A DNA stretch of 62,911 nucleotides, counting the filler, from Syncephalis fuscata S228 (taxonomy: Eukaryota; Fungi; Zoopagomycota): the NCBI GenBank assembly GCA_025786725.1. It is 4 parts of 4 records of this genome, joined end to end, with 100 filler letters (N's around TTAATTAATTAA, not from the genome) between each part and the next. Parts side by side here need not be neighbours in the genome. Positions count along the whole stretch, not along the records: positions 11,517 to 32,733 come from JAHLTZ010000154.1; 3 more parts are not named here. The stretch is one strand, 5' to 3'. Position 1 is the first letter of the stretch, and every line of letters begins with the position of its first letter. Position numbers and translations under genes: made by a program. Positions 12,023 to 23,183 of the stretch are shown one piece after another. The notes under the pieces were generated by a model that was given only the letters and a program-made list of their open reading frames with translations, did not search any database and was not told the origin of the DNA.

Positions 12023-13730
12023 GTATATAATGGCACATTAATAAATAAATATAGCGTTGAACTAAAAATAAATCAGTGTTTTAATATTGCTAAAATATAA
12101 GCTAGATAGTTATAAATGCTGTATTCGAGTGCTTTGAACCTATTACATCACTATCTCGTAAAAAAAGCGTTAATTCTTACTAGCGGTCACCAGAGGCATG
12201 CTCAAGTATTCCTACATGGTTTATGCCAACGGATAAACATTTTGAAGGGCTGTATGTCTAGTTTATTTTTATCTATAACAAATGGCATTAGTTTTCTACT
12301 GTATACGTTATTTAGTTTGTAGTGTACTATTAGATATATTACACTTCTTGTATTGATAGTCAAAGATATTTTTTGCAAATATTAATATATGTAATAAATC
12401 ATAAAATTACACAAAAGCAATAGTTATAAATGTATACATGCACAAAAATGAGTTACAAGGTTATAGATATTTTTGTTGATAGTAAACTAATCAGCTATAT
12501 AGCTGTTTTTTGAGCAAGGAAAAGATAGCATTAATATGGTAAAAGAATGTGTAAAGTTAAATTCTCAGTGTGAGAAATAGTTAATCGCTAATATTATAAT
12601 TAGTACGAAATAAATATAATTATAATCATATATAAATATCCCTCCCACCCGACCACAAACCGGGCCAAGAAAAAAGATGCAGAACTAAAGGCAAGCATGG
12701 ATACAAGATCATATATATATATATCTGTTTAAAGTCTTAAGACTGTTTATTTTATTTCGGTTAATAATAAAGGAAAATTGATAAAGCAAATTAACTATAT
12801 GATTATAATTATATTTTTGAGTACTAAAAATTATTTTCTCTAAAAATTAAATTTTGTAAGAAAAATTACCCAATACGGCAATAGCACTGCATATAAAAAT
12901 TTAAAGTCATAGTATACCACTGAATATCCAGCATCAGTATAATTACTAGTGGTATTTTATAGCAGATATTAAAATGGGTTTGAATGAAAAATTATACTTG
13001 ATTATTGCATTGCCCATATCAATAGAAAAGCAGATCGGCATAGTATTAAGTAAAACACGGCCTACTTCAAGTCAAGCCCATAGTGATGGTCACAGTGCTA
13101 CAACCATTAGATTAGTTAGCTAGTAAAATTGTAAACATTCTTTGTAGTGTTGTACTTTTCGTGTTACAATTCAGCAAATCTAATTAGTTTAACAAGCACT
13201 CTGAGTGATCGACTGGTTTATGTACATATACACTGATCGACACTCATCTGTGAATTTATTATAACATATACTTATATGTATCTTGGTACATCAAATAGTA
13301 ACGTAAACCGTTGTTTTATTCTTATTCTAATTTGCTAGCTTAATTGTCAGAATTGTTTTAGTTAAAATACATGTATCAATTTTAAAAAGTGCCATTTGTA
13401 CTTCTAGTGCACATGAAATATCAACTTTAATATGCATTTTAACTATGCAATATGCAACTGTAAATAATAATGTCATTGTGCCCACAACTCAAAAATCATT
13501 ACTAATTTAGTTGTGTAAGTCTTGGTATAGATAAACCAGGTTTGAATTCAAAACTGTCCGGTAGTTTGTCGCTTATTCAAATATGGAGTAGCTGATTGTT
13601 AAAGACAATCGTTTGCTAAAAAGTGTTTTGAAATTTCAAGCAGTTTGTCATTAAATCTGCTATAGGCTTCTACGTCAAGTTTCATTTCAGGCCTATATTA
13701 CTAGTATAATTGAATATTTACTGGTGGCAA

Positions 13731-13838
13731 TTGTGATAAAAAAACTTTAGGGTGCTTGCGATAAAAAAAATCTCAAAGTGCTTGTGATAAAGAACCATAG
13801 AGTGCTTGCAATAAAAAATCTCAAAGTACTCACAATAA
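13731..13838 (+). promoter_or_regulatory. 4-5 short (~24-26 bp) tandem units, three containing GATAA, upstream of fungalysin copy A
   Basis: TTGTGATAAAAAAACTTTAGGGTGC / TTGCGATAAAAAAAATCTCAAAGTGC / TTGTGATAAAGAACCATAGAGTGC / TTGCAATAAAAAATCTCAAAGTAC. Confidence 0.45.
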
Positions 13839-14429
13839 GGAATTTTGAAATGCCGAAACATTCAATTGGGCCCAAGTTTTTAAAAAATTAAATACCATGG
13901 TATTCATAACTGAATTTCTATTTTTATTTGTTCATTTGTATGTCTCAGATGCTAAACAAGGAATGAAAAATATCAAATATTCTATTGTACCGTATAAAGC
14001 ACTTGCTGTGAAACCGTCTAATTCAAGGCCTTACTAATTTAATACACATATTCTGAGGTATGACCTAGCTAACACTAGTAAATTGTGTATAGTATAGGGG
14101 TACTTGTTACAAGCCAACAATTGGTTATACTGGATATCCAGTGTCAACCCATCGGTAGTATGTGACTATGTTCTACTGTTTTACAAGCTCAGATTTCATT
14201 GCACAGATACGGCGTTCATTATAAAAGCCGTGCTTGTTGAAGTATTTTTGTAAAGCATTATAACTATACACCATAAATTTTACGTTCAACATCTTAACAA
14301 CTACGTGATCCACTTACAACAACCCAACTTACGATTACGCTGTTTTTGAAATCCACTGGTTGGTTTTAAGCAGTCTTTATTTTAGTTGATCAATCTACGT
14401 ATCACGACTCTTCGCTTTCTACCGTCAAC

Positions 14430-16394
14430 ATGCATATCAACCTACTTATTGCCTCGTTGATCCTGGCATCTGTTGGTGCCGTTTCATGTGACAACCAACG
14501 AGTTGAGGTTGACTCTATTATTCCCAAGATTAACGTCGCTTCTGCAGTTCGCGATTTGTCGCCTGATCTAAGCACATACAAGCCACCAGCGTCATTCGCA
14601 CCTCAAAGTGCACAAGAAGCTGCACTTGAATTTATTCGTTCCCAGCTCCACATCAAGAATGGCGAATTTATTTTGACCAACTCGCACAAGTCCGAGACCA
14701 GCGGTACCACTCATGTCTATCTTCAGCAAACCATCAAAGACATTAACGTTTCGAATGGTGTTGTGGGTATTCACGTCGACAAAGCAAACAAGATCATTGC
14801 CTATGACGACAGTTTCTTCAAGACCAACAAAGCTAATCAGTTTGTAGCTAAACCACTCAAAACATGGGATGGCCAGACTACCGGATTTGTTTCTCCCATT
14901 GATGCATTGAGTAAACTTGCCACACACATCAAACAGCAATTCGATGCCAGCAAGGTCCAAACTGTACCACAAGCTAAATCTGCAGGTAGTGGCCAGTCAT
15001 ATCTGCTCGAGAATGTTGACTTTGCCACGTCTCCAGTAAAAGTGTCACAATCATACATCCAAACAAGTGCCAATGAAGTGGAACCCGCTTGGGAGTTTAT
15101 GATCAAGATGCCGCTTAACAATTTCTTAGTCCATGTATCGGCAGATGGCACCAAAATACTTGCATTGAAGGATTTAATGTCTTTTGCCAGTTACAATGTT
15201 GTTAAAATTGGCAACAACAATCCTATCGACACGCCACGCCAAATTGTCACGGATCCAGCCGACAAGATTGCATCACCAAATGGCTGGCACACACAGGGAA
15301 GCAAAAGATTTACCACTACAGTTGGTAACAATGTATTTGCTCAGGCCAACTACAATGTTAGAAGCGCAAGAAAAGAGCACTATGATGATAATGAAGCTAA
15401 TTGGAAAAACAACCCCCGTCCAGATGGCGGAAGTAGTCTAAATTTTAACTTTCCATACGATCCTAAAAAAGCACCAAAAGATAATGCCAACGCAGCTGTT
15501 ACCAACCTGTTCTACGTTGCTAACAGTATACATGATATTTTCTACAAGTATGGTTTCAATGAAGCTGCTGGCAACTTCCAAGAAGACAACGGCAACAAAG
15601 GTGGCAAGGGCGGTGACGCCGTAGCTGCTCAAGCGTTGCAAGGCTACGATTCTCCAGGCTTCCGTGGCAATGCATTTTTTACAGAATCGGTTGATGGTGA
15701 ACGACCAACAATGGCAATGTTTGGCTTTGACGAGATAAAACCAGGCCGCGACGGGGATTTCGAAAATGATATTATTTCGCATGAATATGGCCATGGCATA
15801 TCTGGCCGACTAACCGGTGGCAGTGGAAAGTCCGGCTGCTTATCAGACGCCGAAGCTAAAGGCATGGGCGAAGGTTGGAGTGACTTCTTTGCTTATTGGC
15901 TTGAGATGAAAGCATCTGATAAATCTACTAAAAATGTTGAAATGGGCAAACACGTTGCTGGTCAAAATATTCGTAGCCGTCCATACTCAACTAGCACGAC
16001 TGTAAATCCAAAATCATTTAATGATTTAACTAAAGTTGGACAAAAGTTTGATGCGTATGATTTTGGCGAAGTTTGGGCCACAATGCTATACGAAGTTTAC
16101 TGGAATCTTGTTAATAAGCTTGGATTTCAAGCAAACATATACTCCCCCGACATTACAAAAGGCAACACTCTTTTACTTCAAATTGTCATTGATGGCCTAA
16201 AATTACAACCATGTAATCCAACTTTTGTTCAAGCCCGAGATGCCATCATTCAAGCCGAAAAGCAATTAACCGGTGGTAAGCACGCCTGCGAAATCTGGCG
16301 TGGATTTGCCAAACGAGGTCTTGGTCATGGTGCTAATAGTAGGGGTAGTATTAGAGTAGCAAACACCAGCTTACCACCCACTTGTAAGCCGTAG
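14430..16394 (+). CDS. Secreted M36 fungalysin metalloprotease, intronless, 654 aa (copy A)
   Basis: Signal peptide, FTP-like propeptide, YGFNEAAGNFQ, HEYGHGISGRLTGG zinc motif, GMGEGWSD, LKLQPCNPTFVQARDAI. Confidence 0.97.
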   Translation: MHINLLIASLILASVGAVSCDNQRVEVDSIIPKINVASAVRDLSPDLSTYKPPASFAPQSAQEAALEFIRSQLHIKNGEFILTNSHKSETSGTTHVYLQQTIKDINVSNGVVGIHVDKANKIIAYDDSFFKTNKANQFVAKPLKTWDGQTTGFVSPIDALSKLATHIKQQFDASKVQTVPQAKSAGSGQSYLLENVDFATSPVKVSQSYIQTSANEVEPAWEFMIKMPLNNFLVHVSADGTKILALKDLMSFASYNVVKIGNNNPIDTPRQIVTDPADKIASPNGWHTQGSKRFTTTVGNNVFAQANYNVRSARKEHYDDNEANWKNNPRPDGGSSLNFNFPYDPKKAPKDNANAAVTNLFYVANSIHDIFYKYGFNEAAGNFQEDNGNKGGKGGDAVAAQALQGYDSPGFRGNAFFTESVDGERPTMAMFGFDEIKPGRDGDFENDIISHEYGHGISGRLTGGSGKSGCLSDAEAKGMGEGWSDFFAYWLEMKASDKSTKNVEMGKHVAGQNIRSRPYSTSTTVNPKSFNDLTKVGQKFDAYDFGEVWATMLYEVYWNLVNKLGFQANIYSPDITKGNTLLLQIVIDGLKLQPCNPTFVQARDAIIQAEKQLTGGKHACEIWRGFAKRGLGHGANSRGSIRVANTSLPPTCKP

Positions 16395-17702
16395 ACATAC
16401 AATCGCATAGTAATACACGAATAGAGTGTTGAACTAGAAATAAATCAACATTTTAACATTCCTAAAATCTGCTTTTATATTATTAAACAAAGATCTAAGC
16501 TAATTAGTTGCAAATGCTGTATTTGAGTATTTTAAATTTAGCATATCAATAATCACTTTGTAGATATCGTGTCAATCTTTACTGATGATCATTAAAGATC
16601 GCTCAATTATCGTTTCAGGATGCTTTATGACAGCAAATAGACATGATGGCCGACTGTCCATCTAATTTATTTGTTAACTGTAACACATGCCACTGATTTT
16701 CTGCTACATACATTATTTAGTTTGTGCCATACTATTAGATGTAATGTACTTTTTTGGTAGTTAGTCAGAAATAAAACTTTCCTTGCAAATATTAATAAAC
16801 TACAATTGAGTATATTTAATACAACTACATTTACGCCATCTAATTTAACAGTAAGATTAGTGGTTTATTGGATCAATTATTTTATTGATTCCTGCTCCTG
16901 CTATTGTACTAATAAATTTGCTAGTTTTTATTTCATTTTTACTTTTAAAACTAAAAGAATATGATTTATTAGTAAAATAACATCAGCAGAGATAAATAAT
17001 AGATTAATTAAATAAACTACTAATATTATTATTAAAATGAACAGTTTAAATGCAATTGTATTAAATATAACTAATTATAATATAATACTAATAAAAACTC
17101 TTGGTCCGATGATGATACTAATGTCAATGTCAAAGTTATGACAGATATTATGATAAATGTTATTAATAAACATTCTCTAATATAAAAACTTCATTCTTAT
17201 AAAATAAACATTAGTGTGTTCTACCACTTTTGTATGAGTGTCTATTGTTTTTAGGTATTTTATTATTTAAGTTGTATCCAAATATTTAGTGCTGATTTAA
17301 TATAATTCAACACTGCGCATATTCTCTTTAATAGTTTATTAATATTTGCAAAAAATATCTTTGACTATCAATACAAGAAGTGTAATATATCTAATAGTAC
17401 ACTACAAACTAAATAACGTATACAGTAGAAAACTAATGCCATTTGTTATAGATAAAAAATAAACTAGACATACAGCCCTTCAAAATGTTTATCCGTTGGC
17501 ATAAACCATGTAGGAATACTTGAGCACGCCTCTGGTGACCGCTAGTAAGAATTAACGCTTTTTTTACGAGATAGTGATGTAATAGGTTCAAAGCACTCGA
17601 ATACAGCATTTATAACTATCTAGCTTATATTTTAGCAATATTAAAACACTGATTTATTTTTAGTTCAACGCTATATTTATTTATTAATGTGCCATTATAT
17701 AC

Positions 17703-19667
17703 CTATGGCTTACAGTTTTTTGGTAAATTAATATCCGGATATCTAATACCCTTCTTAGTGCTAGCATTATAACCAAGACCTCGTTTGGCAAATCCACGCC
17801 AGATTTCGCAGGCATGCTTACCACCGGTTAATTGCTTTTCGGCTTGAATGATGGCATTTCGAGCTTGAACAAAAGTTGGATTACATGGTTGTAATTTTAG
17901 GCCCTCAATGACAATTTGAAGTAAAAGAGTGTTGCCTTTTGTAATGTCGGGGGAGTATATGTTTGCTTGAAATCCAAGCTTATTAGCAAGATTCCAGTAA
18001 ACTTCGTATAGCATTGTGGCCCAAACTTCACCAAAATCATATACACCAAGACTCCATTCGTCTTTGCTTAAATCATAAAATGACCGTGGATTTGTAGCCA
18101 TGTTAGTTGAATATGGATGACTACGAATATTTTGGCCAGCGACGTATTTTCCCATTTCAACATTTTTAGTAGATTTATCAGATGCTTTCATCTCAAGCCA
18201 ATAAGCAAAGAAGTCACTCCAACCTTCGCTCATGCCTCTGGCTTCGGTATCTGACAAACAGTCGGATTTCCCACTGCCACCGGTTAGTCGACCAGATATG
18301 CCATGGCCATATTCATGCGAAATAATATCATTTTCGAAATCCCCGTCGCGGCCTGGTTTTATCTCGTCAAAGCCAAACATTGCCATTGTTGGTCGTTCAC
18401 CATCAACCGATTCTGTAAAAAATGCATTGCCACGGAAGCCTGGAGAATCGTAGCCTTGCAACGCTTGAGCAGCTACGGCGTCACCGCCCTTGCCACCTTT
18501 GTTGCCGTTGTCTTCTTGGAAGTTGCCAGCAGCTTCATTGAAACCATACTTGTAGAAAATATCATGTATACTGTTAGCAACGTAGAACAGGTTGGTAACA
18601 GCTGCGTTGGCATTGTCTTTTGGCGCTTTTTTAGGATCGTACGGAAAATCAAACTTTAGATTTTTTCCACCATCTGGACGAGTACTGTTTTTCCAGCTAT
18701 CTTCATTATCATCAATGCGATCACCTTTTGCGTTTTTAATATTATAGTTGGCCTGAGCAAATACATTGTTACCAACTGTAGTGGTAAATCTTTTGCTTCC
18801 CTGTGTGTGCCAGCCATTTGGTGATGCAATCTTGTCGGCTGGATCCGTGACAATTTGGCGTGGCGTGTCGATAGGATTGTTGTTGCCAATTTTAACAACA
18901 TTGTAACTGGCAAAAGACATTAAATCCTTCAATGCAAGTATTTTGGTGCCATCTGCCGATACATGGACTAAGAAATTGTTAAGCGGCATCTTGATCATAA
19001 ACTCCCAAGCGGGTTCCACTTCATTGGCACTTGTTTGGATGTATGATTGTGACACTTTTACTGGAGACGTGGCAAAGTCAACATTCTCGAGCAGATATGA
19101 CTGGCCACTACCTGCAGATTTAGCTTGTGGTACAGTTTGGACCTTGCTGGCATCGAATTGCTGTTTGATGTGTGTGGCAAGTTTACTCAATGCATCAATG
19201 GGAGAAACAAATCCGGTAGTCTGGCCATCCCATGTTTTGAGTGGTTTAGCTACAAACTGATTAGCTTTGTTGGTCTTGAAGAAACTGTCGTCATAGGCAA
19301 TGATCTTGTTTGCTTTGTCGACGTGAATACCCACAACACCATTCGAAACGTTAATGTCTTTGATGGTTTGCTGAAGATAGACATGAGTGGTACCGCTGGT
19401 CTCGGACTTGTGCGAGTTGGTCAAAATAAATTCGCCATTCTTGATGTGGAGCTGGGAACGAATAAATTCAAGTGCAGCTTCTTGTGCACTTTGAGGTGCG
19501 AATGACGCTGGTGGCTTGTATGTGCTTAGATCAGGCGACAAATCGCGAACTGCAGAAGCGACGTTAATCTTGGGAATAATAGAGTCAACCTCAACTCGTT
19601 GGTTGTCACATGAAACGGCACCAACAGATGCCAGGATCAACGAGGCAATAAGTAGGTTGATATGCAT
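17703..19667 (-). CDS. Secreted M36 fungalysin metalloprotease, intronless, 654 aa (copy B)
   Basis: Same motifs as copy A (HEYGH; GMSEGWSD); inverted paralog. Confidence 0.97.
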   Translation of the reverse strand: MHINLLIASLILASVGAVSCDNQRVEVDSIIPKINVASAVRDLSPDLSTYKPPASFAPQSAQEAALEFIRSQLHIKNGEFILTNSHKSETSGTTHVYLQQTIKDINVSNGVVGIHVDKANKIIAYDDSFFKTNKANQFVAKPLKTWDGQTTGFVSPIDALSKLATHIKQQFDASKVQTVPQAKSAGSGQSYLLENVDFATSPVKVSQSYIQTSANEVEPAWEFMIKMPLNNFLVHVSADGTKILALKDLMSFASYNVVKIGNNNPIDTPRQIVTDPADKIASPNGWHTQGSKRFTTTVGNNVFAQANYNIKNAKGDRIDDNEDSWKNSTRPDGGKNLKFDFPYDPKKAPKDNANAAVTNLFYVANSIHDIFYKYGFNEAAGNFQEDNGNKGGKGGDAVAAQALQGYDSPGFRGNAFFTESVDGERPTMAMFGFDEIKPGRDGDFENDIISHEYGHGISGRLTGGSGKSDCLSDTEARGMSEGWSDFFAYWLEMKASDKSTKNVEMGKYVAGQNIRSHPYSTNMATNPRSFYDLSKDEWSLGVYDFGEVWATMLYEVYWNLANKLGFQANIYSPDITKGNTLLLQIVIEGLKLQPCNPTFVQARNAIIQAEKQLTGGKHACEIWRGFAKRGLGYNASTKKGIRYPDINLPKNCKP

Positions 19668-21848
19668 GTTGACGGTAGAAAGCGAAGAGTCGTGATACGT
19701 AGATTAGATAAACTAAAATAAAAACTGCTTAAAACTAGTGAGTTTCAAAGACAGTATTAGTCGTAAGTTGGGTTGTCGTAGATGGATCACGTAGTTGTTA
19801 AGATGTTGAACGCAAAATTGATGGTGTGTGGTTATAATGCTTTACAAGAACATTTAACAAGCACGGTTTTTATAATGAGTGCTGTATTTGTGTAATAAAA
19901 CTTAAGCCTGTAATACAATAAAAACATAGTCATATATAAGATAGGTTGGCAATGAATATTCGTATAACCAGTTGTTAGCCTGTAACAAATACCACTGTGC
20001 TATACACAGTTTACTGGTATTGGCTAAGTCATATTCCAAAAGCAGTGTAGTACATCAACAAGGCCTCGAATTAAGTGGTTTCACAACAGGCAATTTACAC
20101 CGAACAGTAGAATATTTTAATATTTTTGTTTAATATATAAGTTATATACAAATGAACAAGTAAAGGTAAAAAAACTATTTGTAAGTGTTCTTGTAGTCGA
20201 TTTTTATTAAAAGCTTGAGACCTAACTAATAGTTCAACATTTTGTAGTTCATTATCACAATTGCCACCAGTAAATATTCAATTATACTAGTAATATAGGC
20301 CTGAAATGAAACTTGACGTAGAAGCCTATAGCAGATTTAATGACAAACTGCTTGAAATTTCAAAACACTTTTTAGCAAACGATTGTCTTTAACAATCAGC
20401 TACTCCATATTTGAATAAGCGACAAACTACCGGACAGTTTTGAATTCAAACCTGGTTTATCTATACCAAGACTTACACAACTAAATTAGTAATGATTTTT
20501 GAGTTGTGGGCACAATGACATTATTATTTACAGTTGCATATTGCATAGTTAAAATGCATATTAAAGTTGATATTTCATGTGCACTAGAAGTACAAATGGC
20601 ACTTTTTAAAATTGATACATGTATTTTAACTAAAACAATTCTGACAATTAAGCTAGCAAATTAGAATAAGAATAAAACAACGGTTTACGTTACTATTTGA
20701 TGTACCAAGATACATATAAGTATATGTTATAATAAATTCACAGATGAGTGTCGATCAGTGTATATGTACATAAACCAGTCGATCACTCAGAGTGCTTGTT
20801 AAACTAATTAGATTTGCTGAATTGTAACACGAAAAGTACAACACTACAAAGAATGTTTACAATTTTACTAGCTAACTAATCTAATGGTTGTAGCACTGTG
20901 ACCATCACTATGGGCTTGACTTGAAGTAGGCCGTGTTTTACTTAATACTATGCCGATCTGCTTTTCTATTGATATGGGCAATGCAATAATCAAGTATAAT
21001 TTTTCATTCAAACCCATTTTAATATCTGCTATAAAATACCACTAGTAATTATACTGATGCTGGATATTCAGTGGTATACTATAACTCAAAGTAGCTTCTT
21101 TAGTATTATGTTTCATATTTTTACTAACATAAAGTAAGATAATTTGATTTTTGTGCTATAATCTTTAAGTTATTATGCATTTCCGTCATGAGCTATCGTA
21201 CTGCTGCAGCTGCTGTGACATTATATATGCAAGGATAGTCTATGATTATTCGAATCACTGCAATATACAGCAGCAACCATTACAGGCATTCTTTATTTAC
21301 ATATGCGTACATTATATCCGATAACCAAGCAGCTGAATGTTACACACACAAATGATTTATTTTGCTGAATTTACTTGTAATAGTACAAGCTTGTATTTTA
21401 GTATCAATTGTTGTTATAATACATTACCGTTAGATATTAAATGGTAAGTGCAGCCATATCTAATACATTCAGTTTATTTAATGCATCACACCAATTAGAA
21501 CATCATTGCAATGCAATAATATTGAAGCTATACTATGTCTAGTTATATTATGTATGCTATGTGTTTTCATATGAATACTACGCATGTAACTATGAAAATA
21601 TGTATTATAAATTTATTATTATGTTCATAAATTTATAGCAATTATGCTATATTTCTTACAACTTGGACGAATGCAATTGACATTGTTTTGCATAGTTACT
21701 GTGAGAAAAGTTAGACAGTTTATTACTATTGCCTTTTGAAATTGGCAGATTGTGTGCGCGTAGATATACTAAGAATTGCTATGTTTGCACCAGACTGACT
21801 ATTTCTGAATAAAAATGTGTTAGCCATACCATGCATTAAAGCGTTTTC

Positions 21849-22290
21849 CTAATACTTACAATTGTCGCATTCCTTGTGACCATTGTCTCTGTTGAGTCGG
21901 CAAGAACCATTCCTGCATTGATCGGAGCTATAGTATCTTTCGCCTCTGCCAAGATCATATCTATCATTTTTGTTATTATGATAGCACCTTTGGTCCATGT
22001 CCCTTTTGTTTCTAAAGCTATCGAAATCATTGCATATATTTTCCATATGTCGACTCCTTGAACGACTGTTTCCTCTGCATTTTTTTCCCAAGCTATCCCA
22101 ACCACCGTTATCTTCCACAGTGCGGCATTCATCGGACATATCTATTATAAAACAGACGCTAGGTTAAGTTCTGAACAATAATGCTATTATTATAAACCAT
22201 CTTACTGTTATTTTTTGCCTCTGCTACCGAATATACACTTGCGAGGGTACCGATAACGATGGTGGCAACGAATAGGTTGTTAAAATGCAT
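21849..22290 (-). CDS. Small secreted cysteine-rich protein (~125 aa; exons 22290-22206, 22141-21849)
   Basis: MHFNNLFVATIVIGTLASVYSVAEA signal peptide; a GTAAG..TAG intron joins in frame to the 96-aa ORF with 8 Cys. A possible further intron at 21805-21859 leaves the C-terminus uncertain. Confidence 0.8.
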
Positions 22291-23183
22291 TTTGTTGTTG
22301 CTGGTATTATAGCTTGAAAATAGTGAGTGCCGGTCCAAATATTATAGTATTGCTGATTAAGGAGCTACTGGAGTAAAGATTAAAATTCAAATGGTAGATA
22401 GATGTGCTGCTGACGATGCCTGTGATGTTGAATGTCGAGTAAAAATATGCAAACTATTGTGCTGTTTAAATAGCAACGATTTGGCGTTTTCAATCTGTTA
22501 GCTTTGCCGATTTGTTGCAAAAAACAGCAATCAATTACAAGAATAGCATAGTTACAGGTATTTGCTGTGCCATTTCAAGCTTTGCATATTTACTAATACT
22601 GTATAACCTGTTTGCCTTGACACAAGCAACCAGACAATTACGAGTTGAATTTCAAAAAAATACTAATTTATTCTAGTGTTGTTAGTTCGTTACTGGTCAA
22701 ATATGAAACTGGTTCGCAGCTACATTGAAACAACCAGTTTAAACCGGCGTGACTGTCAAAATTTGTTGCAATATTTCTATTTTTACTAACAAAAGCTATA
22801 TTTAGAAATTCTAGAAACCTTTATTGTCAAGTTCAGTACTCCAAGCCGCCTATGCAATTCAATGAGTAAATACCAAGACATTACTCATTCGCTTTGGTAC
22901 GAAATAGCTACAGTGCATTGTATGAATTAAATTATAGTAAAATAACAAATAAACTAGCAGTTGATATTGATGTCAGTTACATTAATTTATTGTCGATATA
23001 GCATCATTTATATCTATTGAATTTAAATCAAAAATAATAACGCAAAATATAATATTAACATTCTGATATAAAAATACTTATACGTAATGTGCCAAAGTAA
23101 ATTACAATCAATACACACAATCGCAATTAGAAATGTTTTAATTTAAATAATTGACTATTTATTTCATTTTACTCAATAAAATG

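Larger units (their letters stand above)
12909..21082. repeat. Large inverted duplication of the fungalysin gene and its upstream region (arms ~12909-16400 and ~17700-21082)
   Basis: 12909-13737 is the near-perfect reverse complement of 20252-21082; the N-terminal halves of the two CDSs are identical. Confidence 0.9.
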
